From the sequence record OM386664.1: a stretch of DNA of 64,000 nt; one strand, written 5' to 3'. The notes beneath the pieces were generated by a model that searched no databases, was not told the DNA's origin, and saw only the letters and a program-made list of their open reading frames with translations. The DNA comes from Escherichia phage vB_EcoM_ESCO50. This document shows positions 8,435-17,857 of this stretch, in pieces. The translations under genes were made by a program, and so were the position numbers. Position 1 is the first letter of the stretch; the number at the start of each line of letters is the position of its first letter.

Positions 8435-8675
8435 ATGTTAGTACCTCTTTTGTATGCTTATTCTTAGCAAGCACATCTTTCAAATCATTTTTGTAATTGG
8501 TGCTCAGTGTGGCTAACCCTTCCTGATAAGCATCTTTAGCAACACTTATGAGCTTCTGATTGTTTAGCTCAGCTTCAGCAACTTGATAGTCTCTGTAAGA
8601 GTATCCTCCCCAGACACCTGCCCCAACTAAGAAAACAATTATGAAAGTGGCTTGACAGAACTCTTTAAATGTCAT
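8328..8675 (-). CDS. Putative inner-membrane spanin (Rz-like): N-terminal TM helix plus coiled-coil region
   Basis: TM segment FIIVFLVGAGVWGGY, charged helical remainder; overlapping lipoprotein ORF. Confidence 0.4.
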   Translation of the reverse strand: MTFKEFCQATFIIVFLVGAGVWGGYSYRDYQVAEAELNNQKLISVAKDAYQEGLATLSTNYKNDLKDVLAKNKHTKEVLTYEKTKPEFYNVCVTDNYVRVFNEQSEQYIQKLPSK

Positions 8676-8694
8676 TTAACAATCTCCTGAAATG

Positions 8695-8715
8695 AAAAAG
8701 GCTCCCGAAGGAGCC
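8695..8715 (-). terminator. Hairpin GGCUCC-UUCG-GGAGCC followed by U-run on minus transcript, immediately upstream of RBS of gene 8328-8675
   Basis: Inverted repeat with UUCG tetraloop and U-tract. Confidence 0.5.
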
Positions 8716-8727
8716 TGTATCTTAACC

Positions 8728-9192
8728 TTAACCGAGGACTTTAGCAAGGATATTCGCAGCCATCGAAGAGGCTTTTGCAGCAGCAACTACGCCAGCTTTG
8801 ATAGCACTATCCTTGATAGCAGATACCGTTGCAGCATCAGTAAAGAGATAAGTAGTTGTTTTAGAACCACTTGTAAAGGAAAGCATAAGAGCAGTTTCCA
8901 GATTGAAAGAGCGATACGGAGCACCTTCTTTAACGATACCTTCAGCACCTAACTCTGAAGCCATACCCATATCATAGATAGTCATCAGGTTTTCTTTGTG
9001 TGCAGTCGTTGAACCAGCACCTTTGACGTGTTTCTTAACATTCAGAAGAGCACGATACTCCCGGATGTTACCGTCTGCTTTTACATTGACAGCACGGAAG
9101 ATTTTACCTTCAAAGTTGCTCTTGATAATGTTACGAACTACTTCAGATTTGTTTGCTGTAACGTCCAGTGCTACCGTAATGATACTGTTCAT
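8728..9192 (-). CDS. Hypothetical protein (154 aa)
   Basis: ORF. Confidence 0.5.
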   Translation of the reverse strand: MNSIITVALDVTANKSEVVRNIIKSNFEGKIFRAVNVKADGNIREYRALLNVKKHVKGAGSTTAHKENLMTIYDMGMASELGAEGIVKEGAPYRSFNLETALMLSFTSGSKTTTYLFTDAATVSAIKDSAIKAGVVAAAKASSMAANILAKVLG

Positions 9193-9201
9193 AAGTTTCT
9201 C

Positions 9202-9897
9202 TCAATGTTTAACTAACATGGTTTTAATGTGTGGAAGGATTCTGTTTACCTTCTGCACATTCTTCTCTGTATCTTCTATAAAACATACTATATTAAAGTA
9301 AGGCAGAATGCAAGACTGAATCATCCTCACTTTCAAACTTTCTGCACTTATAGAGTTAGCCCCAAAACCACGCATAAAAAGCATGTAGTCATGCTCTATG
9401 TAATGCCTTAAAAACATCTCAGTAGGTATTCTCTGAGATTCACCCCTCGCTGTCAAGAGTCCAATGGCAGCATGGTTGGCAATTGCATCAATAATATTGA
9501 AAACATACGTTGGTTTTGCACTTACAGAGTCAAGCAAATTAGTGTACTGTGAAAATGAACCATCAATCAGTTCCGTTGAGCAATCTTCGTGATTAAAATT
9601 TGTAAGAACACCATCAATATCTGCTAAGATGAGGTTACCTTTTTCTACAAGGTCTTTATTGACTATGACTAAACTGTCACGTCTTACACCTATAGATTGC
9701 CCCGTCTCTTTATCCACAACGTTCACAATCGGTTCTGAAGTGTGGAACTCTTCAAGTGAACATACAACTTCTCTTGCAGTGTCTTCAAAATCCCTACACT
9801 GTTCTGGAGTCCATACACCGGAATCAAGACCTAACTCATGAGGGTGTAAGTCATAAGCATGACACAGTACTTCATCAGACTTTCTTAATTTTTTCAT
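9202..9897 (-). CDS. HAD-superfamily phosphatase-like protein
   Basis: Motif I ILADIDGVLT (DxDG), motif II LLTAR. Confidence 0.45.
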   Translation of the reverse strand: MKKLRKSDEVLCHAYDLHPHELGLDSGVWTPEQCRDFEDTAREVVCSLEEFHTSEPIVNVVDKETGQSIGVRRDSLVIVNKDLVEKGNLILADIDGVLTNFNHEDCSTELIDGSFSQYTNLLDSVSAKPTYVFNIIDAIANHAAIGLLTARGESQRIPTEMFLRHYIEHDYMLFMRGFGANSISAESLKVRMIQSCILPYFNIVCFIEDTEKNVQKVNRILPHIKTMLVKH

Positions 9898-10423
9898 GGT
9901 TTACCTTAGAAATGTTTGTTGCAAATTCACATTGAGCAATAACTTTCATGTTGTTATAGACATCTTGAGAATATTTCTTAGCTTTAGGGATTCTGTACGA
10001 ATACCCAGCATTATATGATGCTAAAACTTTTTGTAAAGTCTTCTTTGACTTTGGATGACCATGTACCTTTGTCCAAAACTCAAGCTCTTTGTGAGTTTCC
10101 TTCGCAGCATAATCAAAGTCTCTTAAGAGTTTCTTTTTAGCCACATTAGGACTAATTTTGTTACGCTTTACAACAGTCTTCAAGTGATTCTGGAAAATAC
10201 CATAATCGTGTGTCTTTTTATTCTCTACCTTCAGACCTAACTCTGACTCTTGTAAGGCTATAGCAGCTAGAGTGATACCCCAACCTTTACCCATGTTATT
10301 CTCACCATACTGGTAAGCTTTTAACATGTTTACTTTTTGACTAATTGATAGCTCTGGGCAGTCAACTGCATAAGATAAGTGTGCTATAAACATTAAGCAC
10401 AAACCTAGAATCAATTTCTTCAT
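9875..10423 (-). CDS. Secreted lytic transglycosylase (SLT domain) with N-terminal signal peptide
   Basis: Signal peptide MKKLILGLCLMFIAHLSYA; SLT motifs ALQESELG, YGIFQ, AYNAG. Confidence 0.65.
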   Translation of the reverse strand: MKKLILGLCLMFIAHLSYAVDCPELSISQKVNMLKAYQYGENNMGKGWGITLAAIALQESELGLKVENKKTHDYGIFQNHLKTVVKRNKISPNVAKKKLLRDFDYAAKETHKELEFWTKVHGHPKSKKTLQKVLASYNAGYSYRIPKAKKYSQDVYNNMKVIAQCEFATNISKVNHEKIKKV

Positions 10424-10483
10424 TGGTTCCCCTGTTTAGTTTATCGTAACAACAATTATACAGCACTCTGCACAAAATACAAA

Positions 10484-10510
10484 TAAAAAAGGCCGCCGAA
10501 GCAGCCTTTT
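10484..10510 (-). terminator. Rho-independent terminator (GGCUGC-UUCG-GCGGCC plus U-run) between lytic transglycosylase and rIIB-like gene
   Basis: Inverted repeat flanked by A-run and T-run. Confidence 0.5.
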
Positions 10511-10523
10511 AAGAAATTACTTA

Positions 10524-11633
10524 TTAGATTTCACGTTTACGTTGAGAGATAAGTTCACCAGCAGTGCCAACGATGACATGCAAAGCTTCAGTCTTACCAT
10601 CCCATGCTTTCAGCACTTTACGTTGATTATCAACGATTGCTGCAACTTCATAACGAGAGGAACGCATCTTCATATCGTTGTAATCAGTTGGAACAGATAC
10701 AACATCTCGTGGATGGACACGAACCTTCAGGATGGTATCACCTGAGAAGCAACGAACATAATCCCAAGCACCAACATGAAGACCTTGAGAGCAAGTTACG
10801 TTACGGTTGTTATCAACCATCCAACGTGGCATCTCTACAATGTTACCCAAATCATTAGGTACTCTGTAGGTGTGGGAGTCAACCAGCTTGCCTTCACGAG
10901 TAGATACTTTCTTCCAACCAATGATGTAGCCTTCTTCATCAATTTCAACATCAAGGTGAGATACAAAGCCCCAAAGTTGTTCTACAGAGTCTTTAGATGG
11001 GTTTTCCATCAGTTTTTCGAAGAACATCACAAGGCGTTCAAAACCTTTATCTCCAGTCTTCATCATGTGAAGAATACGGTCAACCAGAGTAGAACGCATC
11101 TCAACAGCACCGTAGAATAGCTTGTCGCCTTTGATTGTGATAGCACCCTGAGTGAAGTTTTCGATAGACTTACGAATGTTCATCAGTTCAAATGCTTTCT
11201 TGAACTCACCCTTCACAACATGAACTACAATCTCTTGATAGTTTGGATGAGTAGACTCAACAATTTCAGATTCTGAACCATAAGTCATAATTACAGAATC
11301 ACCAGTAATCATGTACTCAATATTGTCATCTTTCTGCATAGCTTCATGCAGTTTATTTACCGGAGCTTTCTGTACAGGCTCTTTAACAGCCTTTTTAACT
11401 GGCTTATCAGCTTTCTTTTTAAAGGTCTTAGCAACTTGCTTTAAAGTCTTCGTAGCTGGTGTAGAAGTTGCCTTTTTATTCCCTTTTAAGGTTGCTTCAT
11501 GACGCTCTACAGCACGACCGACTGAACGGGTTGATGTGTTAAATTTCTGTGCAATAGCTGTTTTAGTCAGCTCGCCCTCTTTAACCAGTTTGTAAATTTC
11601 TGCGTCAATCTGTGCTTTAGTTTTAGTAGTCAT
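10524..11633 (-). CDS. Possible rIIB-like protein (369 aa); N-terminal HTH-like segment, Lys/Ala/Pro-rich linker
   Basis: Sits immediately downstream of the rIIA-like gene; assignment rests on position, not on recognised motifs. Confidence 0.3.
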   Translation of the reverse strand: MTTKTKAQIDAEIYKLVKEGELTKTAIAQKFNTSTRSVGRAVERHEATLKGNKKATSTPATKTLKQVAKTFKKKADKPVKKAVKEPVQKAPVNKLHEAMQKDDNIEYMITGDSVIMTYGSESEIVESTHPNYQEIVVHVVKGEFKKAFELMNIRKSIENFTQGAITIKGDKLFYGAVEMRSTLVDRILHMMKTGDKGFERLVMFFEKLMENPSKDSVEQLWGFVSHLDVEIDEEGYIIGWKKVSTREGKLVDSHTYRVPNDLGNIVEMPRWMVDNNRNVTCSQGLHVGAWDYVRCFSGDTILKVRVHPRDVVSVPTDYNDMKMRSSRYEVAAIVDNQRKVLKAWDGKTEALHVIVGTAGELISQRKREI

Positions 11634-11678
11634 CTTATTACTCTCTCTTTTTTAATTAATAAATCATTTTGTGAGGCT

Positions 11679-11708
11679 ATTCTAAGGGGCTTCAAAGCCC
11701 CTTGTCAA
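11679..11708 (-). promoter_or_regulatory. Sigma70-like promoter TTGACA-N18-TAGAAT with hairpin AGGGGCT..AGCCCCT in the spacer
   Basis: Hexamers read on minus strand upstream of 10524-11633. Confidence 0.5.
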
Positions 11709-11713
11709 GAACC

Positions 11714-14080
11714 TTAATCGTAAACTGTTGTACCTTCTGGAACACATTTCACATTAAAGCCTAAAAACTTACTCACTTCAATAGGTGACACTTTATTCCA
11801 ATCTAAATGGGAAAGCAAGAAATTTTCTTGTTTTCTTTTTGAAAGGTAGTTTGTCACCTTAATAACCATACGGTCACCAGCTTTCCTGATTTTCTTGTAA
11901 AGCTTTGTGTTATTGTCAAGACACCCTTTCAGAGTTTGCAAGACACTAATAGTGTAAGTGTACGCAAACGGTGCAGCAACGTATTGGATTTTACCGAACA
12001 TTGCCTCTACAGCCTCTTCATTACCTTCTAGGAAGATAGTTTTGTTAGTATCTCGTGAATAGCAATAACCACGAGAAATCTTCCTGTTATTGAATGTAAA
12101 GTTTCTGGCAATAATCCAACTGCTTGTAAGGTCAAGAACACCATTCATGTAGATGCGTGTCATATACCTGTTATGATTAATCCAATGAACATCCGTTAAG
12201 CTGTCGTTCAAGAGCTTCTCATCTACTTCAATCCAGTCTTCTGGTATCTTTTTCCAATTTGCTTTTCGGAAAACATAGACTGTCTTACCTGTAACATTAG
12301 CAACTGACTTAGCTACATCCTCTGGAGATGAGCAAAAACATCTACCATCAACTGTGTCACCTACTGCCTTAATATAAAGCTGAGGCTCTTCAATTGTGTC
12401 TAAGTCTTCTGACACCTCTTTGTATGAAGCTTTAGTTTCTGCTGGAACAGCTTTCCAGAGTTTTACAACACCTCTTACAGCTTCTTTACGCTGATAGTGA
12501 TGTTCCTTATCAGACATCTTCACAATCTTTAACAAGCTTTTATCAAGTTTGTGCAGATTGATTAAGTCATCTAGCTCTTTCTCTGTAGAGAATACAAAGA
12601 CAATACCATTGTATCTGTGAAACAGATTTGACTCACTGGCGTAGTCTCGACATGCACCACGCAAAATTTGATTGCGTCCTACAGTCTTCTCAGTACCGTT
12701 TTTATTGCGACGGTCATTAATCACGAACAAAAACTGTTCAATTTGGCTTTTACGCATTGCACCAAAGATATTGAACATGCTTGCCTCTTGAGTGTAGGAA
12801 AGTGCTGTTACACGAATCTTACTCTCTAAAGAGTTGAACTTGACATAAGCAACTGGGTCATAAAGATAATCTACTTTAGGGATATTGTTCCCGTTCCTAT
12901 CAACCTTAATATTGCCTTTACCATCACGTTCATAAATGACTGAGCCGTCTTCTGCGTAGATAATTCCACGACGAATGTTTAACAATTCTTCTTCCAGAGA
13001 ATCAAGCTTAACGCCTCCCCACTCTAGCTTTGGACACACAGCATTAAACATCTCTCGTGAGTTCAAACGTAACTCTGCATAAGCCTGTGCAGCATCCATG
13101 AGTGTAGGTTGGCTATTAACTTTCTTGATAACATCCTTTGTAATTGCTTCAGTTATCTTTTTGGTAGCCTCGATGATAACATTTTTTGTCGTATCATTCA
13201 TCTGCAATGCTTCACGAGAAGCTGCTATAGCAACTGAACCAATAGGCATGTAGATGTTTACAAGGTCTACGCTCCTACGGAAAAACTCTGGCAAGACTTT
13301 GAAGAAATCATCACCAAGTAATGCTTCCATGTTCACTGGATAGGCAATATTACCCATCACCACATTAAACTCTAGCCTATTACCACTAGAACGCCAGCTT
13401 TGCTTATGAATCATGGCATCATAAACACCTTCTTCACGGGCAATGACGTTCATATCTGCTAATACATCGTCGTACTCAATATTACTTTCTGGTTTTACAG
13501 CAAAGTATGAGTACACATTTCCAGCTTCTTCAAAGAACTTTGAGATACGGTGGTCAGCAACTGCCACACGTACAGCTAAACCATTAGGTTCTTTTGTTGG
13601 GTTAGTGGTCAGCTTAGTTACTTGAGGGATACCATTCTCAAGATAAACAGAGTACTTATTAACAACACCATCAACATAGCTAGATACTGTGAATGACTGA
13701 GCAATTGCAAATGGAGATTTTGAGCCGATACCCATTGCACCAATGTAGTCATTAGAGTCATTCTTCGTAGAAGCCCCGTAGTTTAGGTACAAACTCATAA
13801 CTTTATCATGAGTCAATCCAGTTCCAAAATCACGAACTTCAAAGTAAGGCTCAAAACGAGTAGGTAAATGCACATGGAACGGGATATTCTCTTTTCCAGC
13901 TTCTTTCTGAGCATCTACTGCATTGCATGACAGTTCACGAATCACTGCCCTTTCTTTAAATGTGTATACACCAGAACTCAGAAGGCTGAACATTTCAGGT
14001 GTCATTGTAATCTGTGCTTGAGATGTCTCCAAAGAAGTTGAACTCTTAATCACTTCTGCGTGGTCATTTACCATGCGCAT
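11714..14080 (-). CDS. rIIA: rIIA-like protein with N-terminal GHKL (Bergerat-fold) ATPase domain
   Basis: N-box ELSCNAVDA, G1 DFGTG, G2 GAMGIGSKS; 788 aa, comparable to T4 rIIA. Confidence 0.55.
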   Translation of the reverse strand: MRMVNDHAEVIKSSTSLETSQAQITMTPEMFSLLSSGVYTFKERAVIRELSCNAVDAQKEAGKENIPFHVHLPTRFEPYFEVRDFGTGLTHDKVMSLYLNYGASTKNDSNDYIGAMGIGSKSPFAIAQSFTVSSYVDGVVNKYSVYLENGIPQVTKLTTNPTKEPNGLAVRVAVADHRISKFFEEAGNVYSYFAVKPESNIEYDDVLADMNVIAREEGVYDAMIHKQSWRSSGNRLEFNVVMGNIAYPVNMEALLGDDFFKVLPEFFRRSVDLVNIYMPIGSVAIAASREALQMNDTTKNVIIEATKKITEAITKDVIKKVNSQPTLMDAAQAYAELRLNSREMFNAVCPKLEWGGVKLDSLEEELLNIRRGIIYAEDGSVIYERDGKGNIKVDRNGNNIPKVDYLYDPVAYVKFNSLESKIRVTALSYTQEASMFNIFGAMRKSQIEQFLFVINDRRNKNGTEKTVGRNQILRGACRDYASESNLFHRYNGIVFVFSTEKELDDLINLHKLDKSLLKIVKMSDKEHHYQRKEAVRGVVKLWKAVPAETKASYKEVSEDLDTIEEPQLYIKAVGDTVDGRCFCSSPEDVAKSVANVTGKTVYVFRKANWKKIPEDWIEVDEKLLNDSLTDVHWINHNRYMTRIYMNGVLDLTSSWIIARNFTFNNRKISRGYCYSRDTNKTIFLEGNEEAVEAMFGKIQYVAAPFAYTYTISVLQTLKGCLDNNTKLYKKIRKAGDRMVIKVTNYLSKRKQENFLLSHLDWNKVSPIEVSKFLGFNVKCVPEGTTVYD

Positions 14081-14266
14081 AATACTTTCCTCTTAGTTTA
14101 CTGTTAAATTACTTATTAAACATTCTACCAGAACCACCACACATAGGGCAACAACCTGCTCTTGTATAACCTTCTCCATTACAGTAGTAACATCTCTTGT
14201 GCTCTGCATAGTACTTGCAAAGAAGGTAAACAAAAACTGCTACACTACCAAGTGACAGTAAAATTT

Positions 14267-14602
14267 CTATCCAATATGCTTGCATGACTCACCTCTCATA
14301 TTTTTGTAAAGGATAAAGCTTCTGTCATGGACGATACTTGTAGATACTGCAAAGTTACTTTCAAGCATCTGTTTGTTTGGATTGTAGAAGCTTTCTTTAA
14401 ACTCGTCAAGCGCAAATTGGTGATGTTGTGGAAGACCTTTTACACAGATTTTTATTGTGATTGCTGCTGCAATCTTGCCAGTCAGTTCTTCTTTAGCTGC
14501 TACTAAAATTTTGTTAAGAAACTTTTCACCATCTTCAGGTTTTTTAATGTTTTCCCAACGTTCTTCTAGGACAATGTTAATGTTCAACTCTTTGATTTTC
14601 AT
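14267..14602 (-). CDS. Hypothetical protein (111 aa)
   Basis: ORF with GGAG RBS. Confidence 0.5.
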   Translation of the reverse strand: MKIKELNINIVLEERWENIKKPEDGEKFLNKILVAAKEELTGKIAAAITIKICVKGLPQHHQFALDEFKESFYNPNKQMLESNFAVSTSIVHDRSFILYKNMRGESCKHIG

Positions 14603-14619
14603 AGTCTTCTCCAGAAATT

Positions 14620-14640
14620 AAAAAGGCTCCCGTAGGAGCC
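14620..14640 (-). terminator. Hairpin GGCUCC-UACG-GGAGCC plus U-run, between NAMPT-like gene and downstream ORF
   Basis: Inverted repeat with tetraloop and U-tract. Confidence 0.5.
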
Positions 14641-14655
14641 TCTTATCATATACTT

Positions 14656-16437
14656 TTAAAGCTGCTTGTCAATAATATTTCGAATATCACCAAGAGTTGT
14701 GTAACCGAACTGCTCAGAGTCGCTAAAGACTAAACGTAAAGCACAAGCTGGGTGGTCAAGTACGTCTGCAAAACTCTGGAATCCGTAGCCATCTACAGCT
14801 TTCAGCTTATCACCATCCCACATAGGTGCTACACCACCAAAGGCAGACTTCTTAACACCACTATCTGTTTTAGGGTCTTTTGCAAGCATAATCTCTTTAC
14901 CACCAATGCTTGCAAGAGTTGCTTTGACAGCAAATGCAAAGGTGTCACGAGTCATGTACTGGTAAGTGTAAGAGCCTACACCAAATACTACGTTAGAGCT
15001 TGCAAAACCCATTTCATACAGACGCTTCAGGATTTCGTTTGCACGTTCCAGCGTGATAGAGTCACCATAGATAAGGCCAATGTGCTCATCCAGTACCTTA
15101 AAACCTTTAGAGTTAATAGTTCCTCCAAAGATGTTATACAGAGTCTTAATAGCTCCGTCAATCTCAGCTACAGGACGTGTTACAACGTTTGCAGAACCAA
15201 CCATATAAGCATTTTTCAACATCACTGTGTCAGCAACTTCAAAGTCTTCTCTGTCAACAACCATTTCGTAGCCTTCTGACAGTAGCCATCCAGCAATACC
15301 ATAGTTGATGTTTTCAAGCTTCATGTTCAGAACAGCATTCAACATTGTGTCGCTGGCTTCCAGCTTGCTTAGGTGCTCGTAATAAGCCTTCTTAGCACAT
15401 TCTAAGTGGATTGCTTTATAACCTGTGACAATATGTACAGGGTCTCCAGAGTCAGGACGAATTACCAGTTTGCCATCACGTTCCATAATTTCTTTACGAA
15501 GTGCTGGTAAAATTTCTGACACAGTTCTCCAGAAGTTATAAGTGTCTGAAACAATACTTGCAATACCAGTTGGGTAAGTTTCTGTTAAGAAACGACGGAA
15601 GGTTTGCAACTCACCTTTAAATCGTCTTTCTTCTTCAACCAACTCGTTACCACCTTCCCAAGCAATGTTTGCACACATTACAGAGTGTTCAGTGGCTGGT
15701 ACAGAGCTTCCAATATCAGAGATTGGATAGGTCTGCCCATAGATACGTTTAGCCGTGTATACAGCAGGGAAGCTATCAGTCCCTTTAAAGCTGGTTAAGT
15801 GGCCTACAGCATTGAATGCGTCATCAGTAAAGCCTGACATACCACGCATAGCAAAGTCATGGCACTGATAAGGTAAATGCAAGTCATTGTCGCAAGTAAG
15901 GTCAGCCCACTTCTTACAGATACGTTTGTAGTGTAATGCAATAGTAGCAATGGTGCAAGCTTTCCAAATCTCAGCAGAGAAAGCGTCTTCCAGATAACCT
16001 GCTACCCAATGGAAACCTGAAACAGTGTTCTGGAAGACAATCATTGGGACACGCATAGGAACAACTGTACCTTCTTCTACAGCGTACACTTCAACTGGTA
16101 GATAGCCTAAGTCGTGAAGTGCTTCCCAATGCTCTCGACCGATAGCATCTTTACCCAGAACACCATTCATAACTTCTAAGATTTCGTCAATTGCTTCTTT
16201 TTTATCACGTTCAAAGAAAGTGGCGTTCCAGTGGTCTATCAAGTAATCTTTAACAAAACGTTGAATACCAAAAGCCACTACACCATCAATTGCTAAAGGA
16301 CTGTTAAACCATTTGTCGCTACGTGGTGTTAGGTTCAACATAAGATATTGCGTAGCATCTGGATACTGATATATATGTGATGCCTTGTAAGCATCTGCAT
16401 TAAGACCTGCTGGTACTGCGTAAAGTGACTTACTCAT
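14656..16437 (-). CDS. Nicotinamide phosphoribosyltransferase-family enzyme (NAMPT/NadV-like; candidate Namat of a NARP1-type pathway)
   Basis: HDFAMRGMSGFTDDAFNAVGHLTSFKGTDSF aligns with the NAMPT active-site region HDFGYRG...FKGTD; 593 aa. Confidence 0.8.
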   Translation of the reverse strand: MSKSLYAVPAGLNADAYKASHIYQYPDATQYLMLNLTPRSDKWFNSPLAIDGVVAFGIQRFVKDYLIDHWNATFFERDKKEAIDEILEVMNGVLGKDAIGREHWEALHDLGYLPVEVYAVEEGTVVPMRVPMIVFQNTVSGFHWVAGYLEDAFSAEIWKACTIATIALHYKRICKKWADLTCDNDLHLPYQCHDFAMRGMSGFTDDAFNAVGHLTSFKGTDSFPAVYTAKRIYGQTYPISDIGSSVPATEHSVMCANIAWEGGNELVEEERRFKGELQTFRRFLTETYPTGIASIVSDTYNFWRTVSEILPALRKEIMERDGKLVIRPDSGDPVHIVTGYKAIHLECAKKAYYEHLSKLEASDTMLNAVLNMKLENINYGIAGWLLSEGYEMVVDREDFEVADTVMLKNAYMVGSANVVTRPVAEIDGAIKTLYNIFGGTINSKGFKVLDEHIGLIYGDSITLERANEILKRLYEMGFASSNVVFGVGSYTYQYMTRDTFAFAVKATLASIGGKEIMLAKDPKTDSGVKKSAFGGVAPMWDGDKLKAVDGYGFQSFADVLDHPACALRLVFSDSEQFGYTTLGDIRNIIDKQL

Positions 16438-16451
16438 ATTTTATCTCTCTC

Positions 16452-16943
16452 TTAGTTATGTCTTGCAAACTCACCATGAAGTTCTATTCGCTTTTTAATT
16501 ACAGCTTCTTTTGCTTCTTCTACCGTTTTAAATCTTCCACAAAAGTATTCTTTATAGTAAAGCATGACTCTTGCTTTGTAAAGACCTGTTTGTTTACAAA
16601 AACTTACACCCTTCACACCAGTTTTATTATTCTTGTGTATACCCCTATTTCGCTGATTTTGTGACTTTGTGCTAAGTCTTAAATTCTCCAACTTATTATT
16701 AGCTTTATCAAGGTCTATGTGGTCTACCTCATATCCACTTGGTATCTCACCTCCAGACATAATCCATGCAATATTATGTGCATAGTACCTCTTCTTATTT
16801 ATCTGGACTTGGATATAACCCTTCTTAGACCTTGTGCCAGCCACATTACCAGCAATAGCGGTACTGCAAAGGGTTACTCTCCAAATTAATAAACCTGTAT
16901 CTGGTTCATATATTAGGTATTTTTCAAAATAACCCTTATTCAT
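16452..16943 (-). CDS. HNH homing endonuclease with C-terminal AP2-like DNA-binding domain
   Basis: HNH motif EVDHIDLDKANNKLENLRL; AP2-like TGVKGVSF...YKARV; paralog of 39707-40210. Confidence 0.75.
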   Translation of the reverse strand: MNKGYFEKYLIYEPDTGLLIWRVTLCSTAIAGNVAGTRSKKGYIQVQINKKRYYAHNIAWIMSGGEIPSGYEVDHIDLDKANNKLENLRLSTKSQNQRNRGIHKNNKTGVKGVSFCKQTGLYKARVMLYYKEYFCGRFKTVEEAKEAVIKKRIELHGEFARHN

Positions 16944-16951
16944 ACTGTTAC

Positions 16952-17857
16952 CTAATCAAGGTTTGCTACAGTAACTTTACCATAATGTGTTAAGCCACGG
17001 TCTTTAGCTTCCCCTAAAGAGTTTGTAGTGTAGATATGGTCAATGCCATTGTCAAGAAGGTTTTCAACATCTTTAGAGAAGATACCATGTGTTACATAAA
17101 GTTCCACACGTTTTGCACCTGCTTCACGAAGATGTTTCGCTGCTTCTATGAAGGTTCGACCACCATCACAAATATCATCAAGAATCATGACAGTTTTATC
17201 TGTCAAATCAACATCATCAAGGATTCGCATACCAGTTATTTCACCAGTCTTAAGGTTGCGTACTTTAGACATTGTGATATATGGTTTATCCACCTCTTTA
17301 GCAGTCTCTGCAATCTTCTTAGAAGCACCTGCATCTGGGGCTACTAAGTAATCAATCAGAGGGTCATTTGCATAGTGGACTGCAATCTCCTTTTGAGGAA
17401 TACTTTGGAAGCAGTTGAAAAGGTTATCTGGAACGTAACTATGAGGGTCAACTGCACAGACTGCATCAAAACCCATTGCATTAACCTGTTGTGCAAACAC
17501 TTTCAAAGCTGCTGCATCACCTTTAAACATGTGACGGTCGTAACGTGCATTTGGCAAATAGTAAAAGATAGCAGTCTTCATAGCAAACTTATGAGGTACT
17601 AAATCATCAATTGCTTCTTTAGCAAGTGCCACAGCAAACAATGTGTCCTTGTCATAGCCTTTTACAATAATAACCACATTGTTGATGGATGATGCTGCAT
17701 AAGCAGTAAAATCAACAAGCTCTTGTGAAAAGTGTCCACCAATCTCACCAGAAGGGAACTGGATGATGTTAAACTCTTCTTCATGAGACCCTTTTGTCGG
17801 TGAATGAATTATAACACGAATCGATGTCTTCATAGTTTTCCCTCTCTTTATTCCCAA
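16952..17857 (-). CDS. Ribose-phosphate pyrophosphokinase (Prs)-family enzyme (candidate Adps of a NARP1-type pathway)
   Basis: PRPP-binding loop ILDDICDGGRTF, NARYDR motif; 301 aa. Confidence 0.75.
   Translation of the reverse strand: MGIKRGKTMKTSIRVIIHSPTKGSHEEEFNIIQFPSGEIGGHFSQELVDFTAYAASSINNVVIIVKGYDKDTLFAVALAKEAIDDLVPHKFAMKTAIFYYLPNARYDRHMFKGDAAALKVFAQQVNAMGFDAVCAVDPHSYVPDNLFNCFQSIPQKEIAVHYANDPLIDYLVAPDAGASKKIAETAKEVDKPYITMSKVRNLKTGEITGMRILDDVDLTDKTVMILDDICDGGRTFIEAAKHLREAGAKRVELYVTHGIFSKDVENLLDNGIDHIYTTNSLGEAKDRGLTHYGKVTVANLD

Noticed and set aside
14752-15279. 175 aa plus-strand ORF antisense to the NAMPT-like gene, and similar antisense ORFs (8692-8952, 37317-38165, 52036-52563, 61466-61744)
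   Set aside because: Each is embedded within a longer gene with recognisable motifs on the other strand and has no RBS or promoter; treated as shadow ORFs.
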